Below, piece after piece: positions 12,271 to 23,569 of a stretch of DNA of 64,000 bases. The notes below the pieces were generated by a model. That model saw only the letters and a list, made by a program, of their open reading frames with translations. It had not been told where the DNA came from and did no database searches. Source of the stretch: Takakia lepidozioides (taxonomy: Eukaryota > Plantae > Bryophyta); NCBI GenBank assembly GCA_030704615.1, contig CM060734.1, positions 25,296,001 to 25,360,000 of the forward strand, given 5' to 3'. Numbering within the stretch: the stretch's first letter is position 1; each line of letters opens with the position of its first letter. The position numbers were made by a program, and so were the translations under genes.

Positions 12271-12900
12271 GTGGGAAAAAAAAGAAATCTCGGGGGGGCA
12301 AAAGACCTGGACTTGGCAAAGATTGTGGTGCCACCGGTGGAGGTCAATATGCATGGTGACCCCTGCGGTGAGTACTGGGAGGTTATGAAGAAGCAGGCCT
12401 TCAACCTCGCATCGCGGTGGTTCCCTTGGCACATTGAGTGGGCTCAACAAGACCATGGAAGAGGCGGGCGTTTGTGAAGGAGATAGACCGCCGGTTTCCA
12501 GACAATTGGGGTGACACAAGGATGATGGAGATGGTGGGGCAGAACTTGAAGGACAAGAGGTACCGTGCCAGAGAGACCATTCGGAGGGCAATGGCAAAGG
12601 GGGCCCCACCCAAACCACCTTTTGAAATTACACAGGTTGGCAAATCCTTAAATCATTTCATCTTCCATTTGTTGCATGTGCATTAATGAGGTGGATTCGA
12701 TGCAACGTATGTGTGTGATTTACTAATCGTGGGGGGGGGGGGCATAGATATCGTGGGATGCGCTAATTGCGGGAGAGAATGATGTGGCTAAGAAGACTAG
12801 TTTTGAGAAGGCACGCTTCGCAACAACAATCCGTCTTGAGAAGCACAACTATGTGCACAAGTGGGGCCCCGGCGGATCCAAGGGTTTTATCACTCGATTA
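12271..12900 (+). pseudogene. Transposon protein fragment resembling the Ptta/En/Spm-associated domain
   Basis: WHIEWAQQD..FVKEIDRRF..VGQNLKDKRYR..PKPPFEITQ, an intron, then KARFATTIRLEKHNYVHKWGPGG. The family assignment is from remembered motif similarity. Confidence 0.5.
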
Positions 12901-13390
12901 TCATGGGGTGTAGACATCCATGACACACGTGGGAGGTGCTCGAGGTTCAGAGGGAGTTGGCAGCCAAGGTAGCTGAGATGGATGAGGTTGGGGATTCTTC
13001 TCGGGATGAGGAGGTTCTCAATGATGAGATGATGGGGTAGGATGAGGCCTTGTCATTGACTGAGCAGGAAGGGAGTACTGCTCAAGAGGTTGCAACATAG
13101 CAACCACGGGACGCGTCCTCTACCTCTAAGCCCACTGGACTTAAGGTTGTAGTTACGGAGGACAATTGGGAGCCTGACATTGGACCCATTGTCACCGGAG
13201 GAGAGAGACGATGTATACGGCGGTTCCTGAGGGCTTACAGGAATTGCTTTGCCTTCAGTTTGAAGGACTTGGGAGCACTGAAGGGTCAAGAGATCCGTAT
13301 TGAGTTGGCCACTGACACGCCAATCTTTCGGAGACCCTATAGATACAGTGACATGGAGAGGTCTTTGATTCAGATGAGGACTCAAGATCT

Positions 13391-14842
13391 TTTGCCTTCA
13401 ATTTGAAGGACTTGGGAGCACTGAAGGGTCAAGAGATCCGTATTGAGTTGGCCACTGACACGCCAATCTTTCGAAGACCCTATAGATATAGTGACATGGA
13501 GAGGTCTTTGATTCAGATGAGGACTCAAGATCTCTGGGAGGCAGGTTTGGTGGAGCTCTCCGGTGGAGAGTATGCTTCAGCCACAGTGATGCCAGCCAAG
13601 AAGGATGTCTATGGCAATTGGACGGAGAGACGTATGTGCGGTGATTACCGGCATGTAAATCGTCAGACCAAGTCCGATAGGTATGCCATGCCGACACCAG
13701 AGGAGATCTTTGATGCCATTGGGCATTCCAAGGTCTTTAGCACGTTGGATTTACGATCCGGATATCACCAGTTGCCGATCAAGGAGGCGGATAAGCAAAA
13801 GACGGCATTCTGGGGGATCAATGAGCACGGGAAGGATTGCCTATACCAGTGGCGGTTCTTACCATTTGGGCTTAAAAACGCTCCTGCTGAGTTTCAAAGG
13901 GTCATGGACAGGATTCTAGCAGGGGTGGAGTTTGCTCGGTGCTACATAGATGACATCATCATCTTTAGTGCTACGGTGGAGGAGCATGAGAGACACCTTC
14001 AGGGGGTATTTGAGCGCTTGAGGACGCACGGATTGAAGTTATATCCGGGAAAGTGCAAGTTTTTCCACAACCAGATTGAGTATCTGGGTCACATGATATA
14101 TCCTGGAGGATTGGGGGTACAGCAGACTAAGGTAGAGTCCATTACACAGGTTCCACGCCCCACGGATATGAGCCGAGTTCGAGCTTTCATGGGGTTAGCA
14201 AACTATTACAGACGGTTTGTTAAGGGATTTAGAGCCATTGCAAAGGCTCTAACCAAGCTGACCAAGGTGGACCAGGAGTGGCAGTGGGAAGATGAGCAAG
14301 AACAAGCTTTTCAAGAGCTCAATGCGAGGTTGACCTCGGCGCCCATCTTGAGACGACCTATTAGGGGGCGTCCTTTTCAGCTGCATACAGATTGGAGTAT
14401 GCTGGGGCTTGGAGCGGTGCTCACACAGGTGGATGATGAGGGAAGAGAGTTCGTAGTGGCTTACGCTAGCCGCTCGAACAATGCTGCTGAGTCTAAGTAT
14501 AGCTCATATGAGGGAGAATGCTTAGTTGCAGTGTGGGCCGTGGCACACTTCAGGTGCTATCTATACGGCAATCTCTTCACCGTTGTCACGGATCACCAAC
14601 CACTCAAGTGGTTGATGGAGTCAGACAAGCTTACGGGGAAGCTTGCACGGTGGGCACTCATCCTTCAAGAGTATGACTTTCAGGTGGTGCATCGACCGGG
14701 TTTGGTCAATCGCAATGCAGATGGGTTGAGTCACAATCCATGCACGAGCCAGCAGGATGACACTGGACGGCATGGTGAGACGGACGAGGAGATGGTGCTC
14801 GGATGGCATGCATCTGCATTTCTGTGTATCTTGGCAGCGTAA
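13391..14842 (+). CDS. Reverse transcriptase and RNase H of copy A
   Basis: RMCGDYR, LDLRSGYHQL, LPFGLKNAP, CYIDDIII, LHTDWS and VVTDHQPL. Confidence 0.95.
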   Translation, partial: FAFNLKDLGALKGQEIRIELATDTPIFRRPYRYSDMERSLIQMRTQDLWEAGLVELSGGEYASATVMPAKKDVYGNWTERRMCGDYRHVNRQTKSDRYAMPTPEEIFDAIGHSKVFSTLDLRSGYHQLPIKEADKQKTAFWGINEHGKDCLYQWRFLPFGLKNAPAEFQRVMDRILAGVEFARCYIDDIIIFSATVEEHERHLQGVFERLRTHGLKLYPGKCKFFHNQIEYLGHMIYPGGLGVQQTKVESITQVPRPTDMSRVRAFMGLANYYRRFVKGFRAIAKALTKLTKVDQEWQWEDEQEQAFQELNARLTSAPILRRPIRGRPFQLHTDWSMLGLGAVLTQVDDEGREFVVAYASRSNNAAESKYSSYEGECLVAVWAVAHFRCYLYGNLFTVVTDHQPLKWLMESDKLTGKLARWALILQEYDFQVVHRPGLVNRNADGLSHNPCTSQQDDTGRHGETDEEMVLGWHASAFLCILAA

Positions 14843-14866
14843 GGCCAGGTTGGACCTGCAACAGGG

Positions 14867-16024
14867 ATGACTGTAGATCAAGTGTCTGAGGACCCTGAGG
14901 CCAGCAATGAGCAAGGTGGCGCCAAAGATATACATGAGGATTCAGTTGTGTTGGACTACCTCCGCACTGGAGACACTGCAGCCACTGTGACTGCCAAAGA
15001 GAGGGATCGGATCCTACAACGAGCCAAGAGGTTCAAGTGGGAGGGGACACACCTGCTCCGAGTGTGGGAGGATGGTCGAGTGAGGATTGTGCCTCACCCA
15101 ACACAGCGGGCATGGTTAGTGCGGCATGCCCATGAGGAGTTGGGGCATTTTGGGGTGCGACGCACTCATAGTCTACTGCAGGGGCAGTATTGGTGGCGTG
15201 GTATGCACACAGAGGTGCAACAATTTGTGGCTAGGTGCATGGTGTGTGACAGGGTGTGTGCTTCATTCAACGCCCCTACTCCACAATTGCACCCTCTTCC
15301 GATCATGGGATTGGGCTACAGGTGGAGTCTTGACTTCGCAGGGCCATTGCCACCGACCATGCGCCACAACAAGTACGTGTTGGTGATGGTGGAGCACTTC
15401 TCCAAGTGGATTGAATTGGTTCCATTGCCTGATAAGGCTAGTGAGGGAGCTGCGTATGCATTCTTGGATTGTGTGCTTAGCCGATTCGGTGCTCCAGCTG
15501 AGGTACTCACGGACCAAGGGAGAGAGTTCTTGGGGGAGTTTCAGGCTTTGTGTGACAAGGCCTTGATAGACCACTACACCACTTCTCGGGATCATCCTGA
15601 GGCCGATGGCTTGGCAGAGAGAGTTGTTCAGACAGTAAAGAGGGGTTTGCGCAAGTATGGCTTGCAGAAGGGACACCTAGGAGATTGGGACCTTCAGTTA
15701 CCCTGGTTAGCCATGGGCTATAGGTTCAGCAAGCAAGCATCACTTGCCTCCTTCTCACCATACTTTCTTCTCTTTGGCCGAGAGCCGGATTTGCCTACAT
15801 CCATTCGCAGAGAAGCTGCTATAGTTCTTAACCTTGACGATCTGGATGTGTGGGCACGTGCATATGAGCAGCGTGCAGAGTTGTTCAAGAAAGTCATGCC
15901 AATGGCTTTTGAGAACCTTGCCATTGCACAACACCGTGATACGTTGAGGTATGCTACCATACGTGGTGGGGGCTATCGTCCTGGGGTTTGGAGATTCAAC
16001 CCTGGTGACTACGTCTATCTGTAG
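14867..16024 (+). CDS. Integrase (HHCC and DDE) of copy A
   Basis: HEELGHFG...CMVC, SLDFAG, LTDQGREF and DGLAERVV. Confidence 0.95.
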   Translation: MTVDQVSEDPEASNEQGGAKDIHEDSVVLDYLRTGDTAATVTAKERDRILQRAKRFKWEGTHLLRVWEDGRVRIVPHPTQRAWLVRHAHEELGHFGVRRTHSLLQGQYWWRGMHTEVQQFVARCMVCDRVCASFNAPTPQLHPLPIMGLGYRWSLDFAGPLPPTMRHNKYVLVMVEHFSKWIELVPLPDKASEGAAYAFLDCVLSRFGAPAEVLTDQGREFLGEFQALCDKALIDHYTTSRDHPEADGLAERVVQTVKRGLRKYGLQKGHLGDWDLQLPWLAMGYRFSKQASLASFSPYFLLFGREPDLPTSIRREAAIVLNLDDLDVWARAYEQRAELFKKVMPMAFENLAIAQHRDTLRYATIRGGGYRPGVWRFNPGDYVYL

Positions 16025-16144
16025 CAGACTGCTCCTACGACCTTGGATGTGACTGCATGACGTGTTATTTTGAGGGTTCGAGAGGTCTTGCCCTCAGGCG
16101 TCTTGGTCTTGGAGGGTCGGGATGGCATAACTTGAAAGGACCAT

Positions 16145-16372
16145 GTGCGTAATTGTGCGCCATGTCACCTTCCGAATGTCGATGGCAGGATAGACCCAAA
16201 CTTGGCAGTGGTATCTGCAGGTTTGAGGTGCATGTTGTGTGGGTCTGCTAGAGGGGCAGCCACCATGCTGGTGTGTGATCGATGCTCTAGAGGTTGGCAT
16301 ATGGGATGCTTGACTCCACCTCTTGAGATGGTTCCGGATGGGGATTGGTTATGTCCATATTGCATTGGATAG
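16145..16372 (+). CDS. C-terminal PHD finger of integrase
   Basis: C4HC3 pattern: CMLC...MLVCDRCSRGWHMGCLTPPLEMVPDGDWLCPYC. Confidence 0.9.
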   Translation: MRNCAPCHLPNVDGRIDPNLAVVSAGLRCMLCGSARGAATMLVCDRCSRGWHMGCLTPPLEMVPDGDWLCPYCIG

Positions 16373-16632
16373 TGGAAGTGGATACAACCATGGAAGGCTA
16401 ACAAGAAACGCAAGGCCCAGCTACTAGGAGACCTTGAACACACGAGGTCCTGGCTCAAGTTCACAGATTGCAAGACGGCGACTAACGATGGGGCTACTCT
16501 TGTACCCGGCCTCTTGGTCTATAGGGTTTGAGTGCAATAGGGACAGTGATAGAGGACTTAGTACGGCTGTGGCTATTACATCTTGTAGCTATCTGGAGGT
16601 AGAGGGACCTATCCACCAGCTAGGGGGGCGAT

Positions 16633-17159
16633 TGTGGCAGACTACTTTATTGTGCATATATGTGTGGTATGGTTTGGACAGCGATGTAGTTGTGTAGCGA
16701 TATGTATGCGCACGACAGCTGTCAAGTTAAATAAGCACAGTGTGAAAACAACTAGAATAAAGTTAGTTATTTGTATTTAACACTTGGATTTAGGTCAAGT
16801 GTTAAATCAGGTGTCAAGTTTAGTTTGACACCTGAACCGCCTTATTTTCACGAGAGCGGCAGTCGCGTAGCTCATCTCTCTCGAGTTGAGCCTGCGCGAC
16901 CGAGCTCCTTCATCGTCTAGAACTGAGTGTACTTATGATGGGAGGATAGGTTGTTGTGGGGTGGAGTCCCCATAGCTTGGGGTGCCCCTGGCTCGACTAT
17001 TATCTGAAAGAGTGATGATGAGATGGATTTCATGTTTCTTGTGTTAAGAGTGTGTTCTTAGCTTTTCTTATCATTGTGGCAGACTACTTTATTGTGCATA
17101 TATGTGTGGTATGGTGTGGACAGCGATGTAGTTGTGTAGCGATATGTATGCGCACAACA
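16633..17159 (+). repeat. 3' terminal structure X(16633-16717)-GC-B'(16720-17073)-T-X(17075-17159)
   Basis: Two 85-bp direct repeats (2 mismatches) follow the PPT ctaggggggcgat. B' starts TGTCAAG and ends TTATCA. Confidence 0.85.
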
Positions 17160-18199
17160 CTAGTGATATACATCGACTGTGGGTTGGGAACCAGGCACTC
17201 GTAGTGGTTGCAGTGACTTGGGGGCTGTGGCTTGTGGTTCATACATGTACAATACTATTTCTACTGTCTCCGAATAACAACACAACACAATCCCCAACAG
17301 CCTTTGATCGTCCCATTGAGGATGTGATTGAGACTGGAGAACATACATGGCATCCCATCAAAGCACGAAAAGAAATAAACATGATGAAGAGCATGTGACA
17401 GTGTATTAAGACAATACCTCAAAACCGTCCCATACTTTGCACAAACTCATGAGTCCATAACGACCATGCTTGGAACTTAAAAAAAAAACTGTCGCATATG
17501 GTTCTCCTGCACCTAACTTGCTATTCTCCATATTATACATAATACAACCCTAGCTTGCATGATGTCTTCACCTCTTTCCTAGGCTAGCACAAGCTGCATT
17601 CAAAAGACATATGACAAAAACTTGTTCAGAATCACCCTTTCGATATTTGGCCTCAACATACTTCTGCATACACCCACAACGAACATATCAGTGTTCATTT
17701 TACTCCGAGACCACATTTGTTTAGGCATATTGCAGGTCAATATATGAGCATATGTTATGGTCCCACGTTTGGCATGCATGTTTAATGTTAAAGATGATAC
17801 CCCCTTCCACCAGTCTGAAGTCCAACAAACTATGATTCAACCCTACCATTTTGCATGATTCAAAACTTCCATACAAACCGGCGCACATTAAAAAAAAAAA
17901 AAATCTCTTTCAGAGGACATTCTTCTTACTACATTTTGAGAAAGAAATCACCGTCTGTGACATGGGAATGAATCGTATCAACCTATTGTGTCCCTGCCTG
18001 GAACTCCATAGCTTACAACTATAACCAGACTCTGCTCTCACAGCAGCTACCTGGGTTTCACCCACAGACAGTTAGACCAAAAAAATTAGTCCACTATAAA
18101 GGGATTAGAAAACTGAAGTAAAAAAAACCATGCTTAGCAAATGTTGTTAGGCCTACCTAACTATATGCATCTATCATATGGGATGACGACTCGAGCTCC

Positions 18200-18580
18200 A
18201 ACCATGTCTAAACTTTAGAATCCATTTAGCTTTTCACCCATGCAGACAGGCATATCCTGAAATCATCGAGTTCCATGACACCCCATCATCTCGTTAGCCA
18301 TATTCTCAAACACCCCTTTGCATCCTCAATGCTCCCATGTTTGGCACACATTTTCATCAGTTCAAAATGACATGTGGAATGATTCCAACTTTGACGATGT
18401 CACCATGGAGTTCTTTTCCTTTCCCCCAACCACATCACATTCATTTGCATTTGTGCAAACGTGTGTACAAGCCTGGCAGCCCTGCAAAATGGCAAGAGGT
18501 CATGCGCCCTTCCTGCAACATTTGCTCATAGATCCAGCCCCCATTCCGCCCATATCCTGCAATCATGACACTGGGAAACA
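18200..18580 (-). pseudogene. Highly degenerate PPR gene remnant
   Basis: The reverse strand reads like VSWNSMISGYA and IHGDIVKVGII PPR motifs, similar to 31000-31600. Confidence 0.55.
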
Positions 18581-19246
18581 CCTAGGTGACATCTAGGAAA
18601 CACCCAACTCAGCTTATCACACTCATTCCTATGTTGAATTGCGTCTGCTACTCTCTGTAATTATACAAGCATTCACCTTTTTGCCTCGGTTGTCCCACCA
18701 TTGACTGGGGTCAGAAAAGTACTCATTCCACACCTTCCAAGCATCTCTGTTACCTGTTTCTGGATACTTTCCTGTTGTCACTTTGGCAGTATCATGTCAA
18801 AGTCACTCCAAACTATCAAAGATTCACTCAACCAGCTAACTTGCAGAATTCAACATGGAAGAAGAAGAAGGATTCTGATAAGAGGGAAAAACAAGGTGAA
18901 ATGTGTTGAAGAAGGTACCTTCATTAACAGTGTCTGATTTTATCAATTGTGGCGCCGCCACTGTGGAGCTTCCAGTTGACCATCTACCCATGCAGGTTTC
19001 TTGTAGGCATCGTTCCACAGGGAATCGTAGGTAATGTGGAGCTTGAAATCCGGCCCTCTTGGATGAATCTGGACCCACACTCTATTCCTGCTCCTTCAGC
19101 TATCCATGCCTCTGCACAAAACATGCATTCATCCTTGCCGTTGTTGCTAGCAGTTGACATTGACAGCCTAGAGTTGTTCTAGGAAACACCCAACTTAGCT
19201 TATCACTCTAGTTCCTATGTTGAATTGTGTTGGCTACTCTCTGTAA

Positions 19247-19800
19247 CACTACGACAGATTGCGGCTTTTATGTCTTTGGGTTATGCTTGCAAATGCAGTT
19301 ATGGAAGCCATTTACGACTTCCTGACTCTGAAGAAGTAGAAGCCGAGTCAGTTGTGACATGGAAGTCGTGGCTGCCATGGAGTCATAAGTGACAGTCGCC
19401 AGGCTTTCTGTGACGTGGCGCCTGAGCAGCGTGCTCATAGTCATACATGTTGGCTTTACTGAATGATTGAACGGACAATGTAGTCCATGTCAGCCGTTGT
19501 GTAAGAGAGACACGTGCTTGATAGAAAAAATGACACGTGGCATAATGCGCGTATTCCATGACTGTCAACTATGACTACAGGCGAGGCAATCCGGTTGCAG
19601 CACGTGGCACATTGCAGTTTTTATACGTAGTCCCATAGGAGGTTGGCACGTGTCACGATGGATATTTTTTTGGTGTATTACTATTTTTTTACATATTTAT
19701 ATTTCTACCACGTGGTGCAGTATTATTGGAGAGTGAAAACAGATGTAGTCATTATTATGACTATGATAGAAGTCATATACATGTCTATTACAACAATGAA
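19247..19800 (+). mobile_element. Probable CACTA element terminus
   Basis: CACTACGACAG starts exactly where the local repeat (tactctctgtaa) breaks off. Subterminal tgac/gtca-rich motifs follow; no matching other end was found. Confidence 0.45.
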
Positions 19801-20547
19801 ATATAATATATAATACAAACAGAACAAGACAACAAGACATAACTGCAACAAGCTGAGCAAAACCAAGAGATTGTACACCCTCTATTTATCAATCTATTTC
19901 TCATTATCATTTTTGTCGCGATCTAAAAATACATAAAATAGTCACATGTTCTCATGTGAATTATATTGTCTAACTATAACACTTTGAAAAGTGTTCACCT
20001 AGAATCTTCTAACTACTCATGTATTCCATCAATCTGCAACCCATCAAAAACTAAGGCTTACATGGCTTTAAGAATTACTACAGCAAAGACATCTGTTTGT
20101 TTTCCAAGTTCTTGCATAAGATGCACCAACCAACATTGCATTGTGAGACACTCACTCACTATACTCCAAAGCGTTCAGGGAAGGTCACTGAGCAACCTGC
20201 CAAGGAGGTTAGCTATTTCATGAGCATGAGCGGCATGAGCGGAGTAGCAAGACAATCGGTTTTCATGAGCAGAAGTACAAATTTTGGAAATAAAAAACAT
20301 TAAAAACATTATTTTTAATGGAATGTGTCCAAAAAAAAAAACCAATATAATATTCATTGTTTGAAGTAAAAATTGTAGTTTTGAGAGCCGTGCTCATGAT
20401 ATTTCGTCTTCCGCTCATGCGAATTCCAAGCGACATCTGCAAAAATGACGCCGAATTTCGCGGTAATAGGTTCCGCAACCGGAGAAAGCTGCGACGTATT
20501 TCGCGGTAATAGGTGTCTCCGGCGAAAAATGGTGCCGAATTTCGCGG

Positions 20548-22247
20548 CTATAGGTCCCAATATGGCAGGTGTGTAAGCCCAAAATTTGAAAATGTGGCGC
20601 CGAATTTCGGTACATGATGCCGGGGATTGCACAGATGTTGGGCAGTTCTTGGGCCATGTAACTGGAGATTCGGCGCCATTTTCTCAGACATCGGACTTGC
20701 GGTGCTCAACGAGACCTCCTCAGGCAACATCACGGGACCACGAGGGAGCGTGCGAATATTCTTGTCAGCTCGCCATGAATCGTCTTCTCCGCCAGGTGCC
20801 TCGTCAAGTCTTCGTCTCACTGGACGGGTGTGAACATCTCCTGTCAAGTGTTGGCCACTTCGAAGCAATGGCGTGCCCCAAAGGCCTTCTCGCAAGGCTG
20901 CCGCCCACTTGCGAGGATTCTTCGATCTGGAGGCAGTTTGCATCAGCATTTCCTGCCTGTCCGGCCCCAAGCCCCACTGTTTCCCTTTCAAGAACTCGTT
21001 GTACCTGCATTGCTGCATAATTGACCTGACAATGTCCTCCGTTGTGGCAGTGAGGATGTCCACCAGATGCGCCGCAGAGGAGGCACGCCAGGAAGAATGT
21101 ACTGATTCGGCCATGTTTGTTGTCGGCATGTCGGTGTCGGAGTCGAGACACATTTCCTGCACATGCACATGTTCAGGTTACAAGCAAATTACAAATAATG
21201 AGTAGCTAGCATAATATTCAACGGGACGCAAATTTGTCCAACTCACCTCCCGCATATAGTCGCCGAACTGGAGGAAACGATAATGCCACCATGCTAGCCA
21301 ACTGACCATTGCTCCCTCGTCTGATTTCTTTACAGCACCTGACGTTGTCCACCAAGCCCGTATACATGCAAACTGTATCTCTGCATCATCCAAGGTGGGA
21401 GCACACTTCCACGCAAGACACATGGAACGGTGCTCCTCTCTGAAATCTGGCGCCACGAGCCTGGTTGTGTACTGCGACAAGCTTTGCAGAAAATGGAACC
21501 CACAAGATCTCTCATTGCTTTTCATCGGAACATTGGGGTCTTCCCCGTACACCCTTCGAATGGCAGCCCAATTTGCTTGTGCGTTGTCCGCCATGAAACC
21601 ACTAAAATTGGGAGGGGGAAATCCTGCCCTGGCCATCTGTTCGTTTATTCCCTGCCAAAGAAGCATCTCCGATTGTGTGTCCTCTCCTTTCATCTCACAA
21701 ATAACAATTGTCATTAGCATCCTGCAGTGGGTGTCGTAGACATTGTCACCCACTGGTGATTTGTAATTCGCTTGATATGGTCGAACATGACCCAACTGTT
21801 TGACAAGTCCCCACTCGTCATCCGGTGGACCAGTTCGACGCCGCTGCCAGGTCCACACGTTGACATTTTGAATACGAAACAACGATCTGCCTTAGTCCCT
21901 TGTCCTGGAAATCTACTTCCATGAATGTAGTCATATCCACATCGTCGCTTCACCTCCAGAATGGAGTGCATATCCGAGCCACGCCCAATTCTCTGTTTGC
22001 AGGAGACAATGTGGTTTCGGACATTCGGTGAACAGACGTGGAACACCAACTCCAGCAATGCCTCCATTTCCTTCTCATCGAGAGGAACTCTGTTGGAGCC
22101 GTCTTCCGACATAATTCTGGCCAATGCCATCTTATGGGCGGCCTGCAGCTGTATCTGTTTGGGTTTGGCACCAGGTCTCAACTTAACCTCCTCCTGAACG
22201 AGCTGCTCTGCCTCGTGGGCAGCCTCCCGCGAGTTACCCCTCGTCAA
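20548..22247 (-). pseudogene. Mutator-like (MULE) DDE transposase
   Basis: WVMFDH (D1), FMADNAQANWAAIRRVY..SCGFHFLQ (D2 and CxxH), TTNMAESVHS (E). Intron at about 21171-21247; frame disruption near 21880. Confidence 0.8.
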
Positions 22248-22272
22248 TTTGTGACAATGGGAACCAACGTGT

Positions 22273-23425
22273 TGGATGAAGTCGTCTCAGGGGGACAGGC
22301 CGACACCTGGCCGACACCTAGCCGACAGAGAACATCCCTCGGATGGGAAAACGGCGCCGAATTTCCATTAGAGGCCGTTCGGATGAAGTTGTCTCGGGGG
22401 GAGAGGCCGACACCTGGCCGACAGAGAACATCCCACGGATGGAAAAATGGCGCCGAATTTCAATACGAGGCCCGTCAGATGAAGTCGTCTCGGAGGAGAG
22501 GCCGACACCTGGCCGACAGAGAACATCCCTCGGATGGAAAAACGACGCCGAATCTCTAATGAGGCCGTTCGGATGAAGTGGTCTCGGGGGTAGAGGCCGA
22601 CACCTGGCCTATAGAGAATATCCCCCGGATGGCAAAACGGCGCCGAATTTCCATCCGAGGCCGTTCAGATGAAGTTGTCTCGGGGGGAGAGGCCGACACC
22701 TGGCCGACAGAGAACATCCCACGGATGGAAAAATGGCGCCGAATTTCCATACGAGGCCCGTCGGATGAAGTCGTCTCGGGGGGAGAGGCCGACACTTGGC
22801 CGACAGAGAACATCCATCGGAAGGAAAAACGGCGCCGAATTTCCATCCGAGGCCGTTCGGATGAAGTCGTCTTGTGGGGAGAGGACGACACCTGGCCGAC
22901 AGAGAACATCCCTCGGATGGAAAAACGGCGCCAAATTTCCATCCGAGGTTGTTCGGATGAAGTGGTCTCGGGGGGAGAGGCCGACACCTGGCCGACAGAG
23001 AACATCCATCGCATGGAAAAACGGTGCCGAATTTCCATACGAGGCCCGTCGGATGAAGTGGTCTCGGGGGGAGAGGCCGACACCTGGCCGACAGAGAACA
23101 TCCCTCGGATGGAAAAACGGCGCCGAATTTTCATCCGAGGCCGTTCGGATGAAGTCGTCTCGTGGGGAGAGGACGACACCTACCCGACAGAGAACATCCC
23201 CCGGATGGAAAAACGGCGCCGAATTTCCATCCGAGGCCATTCGGATGAAGTCGTCTCGGGGGGAGAGGCCGACACCTGGCCGACAGAGAACATCCCCCGG
23301 ATGGAAAAACGGCACCGAATTTCCATCCGAGGCCGTTCGGATGAAGTCGTCTCGGGGGGAGAGGCGGACACCTGGCCGATAGAGAACATCCCCCGGATGG
23401 AAAAACGACGCCGAATATCCATCAA
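22273..23425. repeat. 96-bp tandem array, about 12 copies
   Basis: Period measured from 22861 to 22957; translates as the 32-aa repeat DEVVSGGEADTWPTENIPRMEKRRRISIRGRS. Confidence 0.95.
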
Positions 23426-23569
23426 CAGACGCCCGTATCGACCCTTCATCAACAATTTTGATTCGTTTTTCGCGTTTTTTTGTCTAATCAGTCACTCAAC
23501 TTAGAGTTTTTCGCATGCGGTCCACTTTTTGGCACGTTATGCCCACCAATGTCGTCCGGTAGAGACCGA

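Larger units (their letters stand above)
8591..12900. mobile_element. DNA-transposon-derived insert in the Gypsy DNMT domain (right end lost)
   Basis: Gypsy homology stops after RQSQRVRH(Q) and resumes at about 12901. The insert carries an MTase-like gene (-) and a Ptta/En-Spm-like ORF (+). Confidence 0.7.
2425..17159 (+). mobile_element. Ty3/Gypsy LTR retrotransposon copy A (gag-PR-DNMT-RT-RH-INT-PHD), degenerate and interrupted at 8591-12900
   Basis: Domain order from the ORFs; PPT at 16619-16632; terminal segments B (2425-2684) and X-B'-X (16633-17159). Confidence 0.9.

Noticed and set aside
8591-12922. hAT element with CAGGGATG/CATCCATG TIRs
   Set aside because: There is no 8-bp TSD, and the right-hand motif reads in frame as Gypsy linker (HP*HTW).
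2425-17159. DIRS/Ngaro assignment because of the split repeats
   Set aside because: No tyrosine recombinase was seen. The element has an aspartic protease, a PPT and a DDE integrase, and copy C has a TSD.
22273-23425. Long ORFs on both strands (308, 237, 216 and 207 aa); possible repeat protein or CRISPR-like array
   Set aside because: The open frames follow from a stop-poor 96-bp unit. There are no unique spacers and no cas genes.
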